The translations under genes and the position numbers were made by a program. From positions 640,877 through 704,876 of the forward strand of contig NW_015164190.1 of NCBI RefSeq assembly GCF_001447785.1: 64,000 nucleotides of DNA, in the 5' to 3' direction. This DNA is from Gekko japonicus. Its lineage: Eukaryota. Under the pieces are notes generated by a model. That model saw only the letters and a list, made by a program, of their open reading frames with translations. It had not been told where the DNA came from and did no database searches. Shown here one piece after another: positions 60,285-64,000 of the stretch (within the stretch, counting starts at the first letter, position 1; each line of letters opens with the position of its first letter).

Positions 60285-60767
60285 CTGGAAGCATTGAGCA
60301 ACAACAACAGTCAGTGATCATCCCTGTGAGAGTTCATATTCAAGTGTCACTTAGCTAAGGGAAGGGCAATGTAAGAGCAAAGGGACCTTTCTGCTCATAA
60401 AACTAGAGCATTGTTATTTTCAGAAGCAAGTATGAGAAATACAATACACAACGGGTCCCATTCTTGTAGTAAATCATTGTATTTTCCCACTCTTTGAACG
60501 TTTCCAGTGTGACTACCGAGAGAATTAAATTACAACTCAATTCATGATGTTTAGGGCATTCCAAAGACCTCCCCCAACACATGTAAATGTGAAATGAGCT
60601 GCAAAGAGCAGTTGGGCAGGAGATGAGAAGTCTATGTCTCTCAACCAATGGTGGACTCTGTGTGTTCTGGGGTTAATCAAGGCAAGCCAGGCCCAGTCTG
60701 AGGTACCATCTGCTTCATGCAAATTCCCTAAGGCAAAGCTGCCTATCCAGAGTGCAGCCTTATTCAC

Positions 60768-60881
60768 CTGGCCAAATGCTATGGATGCAATAGCTCCTGC
60801 AGTGTACTTCCCTACTCCTGGCAACAGCTTCTGCAGCTCCTCTGCTGTCCTGGGCACATGACCTGCCATCTCTGATACAAT
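60768..60881 (-). CDS. MUTYH: MUTYH exon (HhH)
   Basis: [38 protein letters not shown]. Confidence 0.96.
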
Positions 60882-61830
60882 CTGCAAAAGATCAGTGAAT
60901 TCATTTATTCACCTCATTTATACCCCACCTTTCTCCACAGTGGACTTAAGTCACCTGGCAATTTCATTATGAACATCTCCAATTTATATGGAAACACACA
61001 ACTGCCAATCCAACAGTCAGTGCAGAGAATTAGGGACAATCCAAATCAAAGAAAGGAAGTGAAATAGTGACACGCAAATCTGCTATGAAAAAGCCAGCTG
61101 TGCAAAGGCCAGCTTAACAATAGAGGGCCTTGTGCTACATGCCAAACTACAGTGGACAGCTGTGCCCACAGAAGCCAAAGCCACAACGGCAGCAATGTAA
61201 GAAGGACCACCTTTACAGGTTTTATAATACACCCCTATTACTCACACCAGCCCTTTTAAGAAGGAAGTGATTCCACGGCTGAGAGTAATAGGGGTGGGGG
61301 AAGAGTCTATACAGGCAATACAGTGCAGTGTCTCATGCACTGGAACTGGATATGGAAAAGCATTCCCCACATCTGTACTTGGTTATGAAAATTCATTGCA
61401 TGGCCAAATTATTTTCTCCCAGCCTTAAATACTCTGCTTACTCTCGGGCAGTTAAAGTACTCTGAAATTTTTGGAGGAAGGTGGGACACAAATTCAATAC
61501 ACATATTTGAAGGTCTGGGACGCATCTCACCCATAAACTATGCATTTACCTTCAGGGAGCTGCTCAGAGCAGGCCCTCAATAGTAAGCTCTTTGTAGATA
61601 CTGATCTTGTCATCTAAGAACATTTTCCACTCTCCTACTAGTGAGACAAACTATGACATGGGTCACAAGAGCTAATTGTCTGCTCTGGGTCCCTTCCAAA
61701 GTGGCTATCTATAGCCAACAACCTTCCTTTATCACCAGTCATTAAAGGATGGGAATGATTCTCCTTGCCAAAACCAACCACCACCAGCCACATGCACACA
61801 GACAATGACTCATCCATGCCCATAGAGTAC

Positions 61831-61902
61831 CTTATGTGCACCTTCCTGGAGCCGCTTCCCTCGAGAATAGTAGCCAAGCCCTGCCCACAGTTCATTCACT
61901 TC
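61831..61902 (-). CDS. MUTYH: MUTYH exon
   Basis: [24 protein letters not shown]. Confidence 0.95.
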
Positions 61903-62038
61903 CTACTCCCAAACAGAAGGAGATGTTAGGGGAAACCAGAACATGGCGAAGGAAAGATCAATTTTTCTTGAATACATGCAAGTGTACTCATGTATGTTTG
62001 TGCAGATACAGTTAACGATCTTGCATTCTCTTTCTTAC

Positions 62039-62080
62039 CTCCAGTGAAGCTCCAGCTAGATCCTGTAAGGTTGGCCATTT
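62039..62080 (-). CDS. MUTYH: MUTYH exon
   Basis: KWPTLQDLAGASLE. Confidence 0.94.
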
Positions 62081-62192
62081 CTGCATCACAAAGAAAAAGG
62101 TTTACTGATCTACAAAACAGCCTGCATGAATCTGTTCCAGAAACCAAAAGCTAATGCAAATGAGAAGGTGCCACAGGGTAGTTTAGCATCAC

Positions 62193-62266
62193 CTGCATCC
62201 AGCGATTGTAGTAGTTGATCACAGAAGCCACTTGAGTCTGTTGGAGCATGATCTCAGATACCCACA
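62193..62266 (-). CDS. MUTYH: MUTYH exon (catalytic Glu)
   Basis: [25 protein letters not shown]. Confidence 0.96.
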
Positions 62267-62733
62267 CTGCAAACACAAACCGGGAAATGTAAGCATTAGG
62301 GATTCTGATTTCTTCCAGAACCTTCTCAGTCTTGCCTAGCAAATAGGAAATGCTGCTCCATGAATAACAGAAAGGAAACTAGTGGCCTATTTCAGTATCC
62401 CTCAGTTGCAGAAGGGCAATGCAGCTGAGGATAACTAGTTCCGCTTGCCGTTTTCTTCTTTCCCTTTGACTGGTGCCACCCACATGCTGTGACCTGATGG
62501 ATTTGCCATCTTGCTTTTTCTGGGGCCCCAATAACTCTACACGGGCCTAGTTGGTAACACACACAAAGTGATTTTCTCTGCAGTGAAACAGATTACCCAC
62601 CGCCTGCCTACATATCCCCTGAAGCTGCCAGCAGGACACTTTTATATACTGGTTGTGCAGTTAGCTCCAGAGCAGCATAAAAGCAGATCAGTGACAGGAA
62701 CTCCTAGCCAAACTCTTTCAAGTTGTCTCTCAC

Positions 62734-62773
62734 CAGCATATGCTCGTCTGTCAGCATCAGCTTCAATTGTGGC
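62734..62773 (-). CDS. MUTYH: MUTYH exon
   Basis: ATIEADADRRAYA; ttacag / gtgag. Confidence 0.9.
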
Positions 62774-64000
62774 CTGTAACAGCATGAAGAGGGGAATTCA
62801 TGAAAAAGGACACAACAACACAGCCACTGCTTGCACCTTTCAAAAAAGGCTCTTTTCTAAGTGGCTTGGAATCTGCATATAGCAGGCCATACCAGTTTTC
62901 TCCAAGGAAGGTCCCGTTTGCAATTATTGTACCAGGCAAGCAGCCTTTTCCGAAACAGTTCAATTTCAACTGCACTGCTGAATGTATGAAATGAAGACTG
63001 CTGGCTGGGCACTCCTGCAACAGTAAGAGCATAGTTAACAATTTTTAGGAGCTAATTTTATGAGTAATTAGAGAAGTAAAAAAAAAAGCACCCACATGCT
63101 CCATAATGCTCACTGGTGTATTTCCTGGTGCCCACTTGCTCATTTCCTAAAGCAAACAGCTAATCCTAGCTTTTCTTCAACTTACTGGAGGAGGTGCTTC
63201 TGAAGATCCCAAGAAGCATCACCATTGTGTCTGGAAGGAACCTTCATTTGGAAATACCTTCTTCCATTATACAAGGATGCTTGGCTTGGAACCTCCCAAC
63301 ACGTGATTGGCCACAGTCACCCATAGCAGCTATTTTATGGTGATGCTTACTACCTGCTCTTAAAATTCCAAAAATGCCCACAGTCTCAACAAGGCTGGGA
63401 ACTCCTGCCCTAGGCGATGTCTCTTTTCACCTTGACAGTATACAGATAAAAGCAGGAAAAATGTGACACCCTGAGTACAGTTTTCTAGAACTTTCTGTGT
63501 GGCCATGCAAGTCTATTGTGCTGGGCAAACAGAGTTCTCACTTTACACAGTCCATATGCATTTCTATTTTTAATTTTTAAAAATGTGTGTGTGTTAAGTG
63601 TCATCACTTCTGACTTATGGTGGCCCTATGAATTAAAATACCACCAAATAAATGCCTAGAATATTTCTACAATCATAGTACTACAAGAATGGAGACAAAG
63701 TATACATTTTCAGGTTTTGTGTGGTGGTCTTAAGTCAGATCTCTATTAAAGTTCTAATGAATGTGTTAGATATTAAGAAAGGGGAAATGCAGATTCACAT
63801 GAATGTCCTTCAACATGAACTAAGCAGCAGGTTACTATAATGCTCTGTACTTGCTGTCTATTACAAAGTCCGTTCCTGGAATCATTGAGAGCATCCAGGC
63901 TGACTCTATAATCTGGGAAAGTACAACTAGACTGCAGAATCCAAAGAAGGCACATTGATATCAACATCTAGATACATCTCTCTCAAGGGCAAGGGATGAA

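Larger units (their letters stand above)
50808..62773 (-). other. MUTYH: MUTYH adenine DNA glycosylase gene, 13 coding exons in window (5' exons outside)
   Basis: All exons GT-AG and in phase; HhH-GPD, 4Fe-4S, Zn-linchpin Cys, NUDIX-like FSH loop, PIP box. Confidence 0.96.

Overview
Vertebrate genomic DNA, almost certainly a squamate reptile (Squam3-like and 5S-derived SINEs, L2/CR1 LINEs and TAGGGTTGCC-type hAT MITEs suggest a gecko; this is an inference). Four protein-coding genes were reconstructed by hand from splice sites and translation. PRDX1 is on + (5 coding exons, 6900-14485, 199 aa). A selenoprotein P paralogue, SELENOP2/SelPb, is on - (4 coding exons, 31628-28314, 272 aa); it has an in-frame UGA in a UxxC motif at 31440-31442 and a SECIS at 27629-27704, and the ORF track truncates it. 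HPDL is on + (single coding exon 47694-48893). MUTYH is on - (13 coding exons 62773-50808; the 5' exons lie beyond the window). The gene order differs from human by an apparent inversion whose breakpoint falls in the SELENOP2 interval. Between the genes are LINE, SINE, solo-LTR, Gypsy, hAT-MITE and Penelope-like relics (one with a minimal hammerhead ribozyme motif), a 61-bp minisatellite, several long palindromes and two assembly gaps. Repeat boundaries are approximate and family names come from recognition, not database search.
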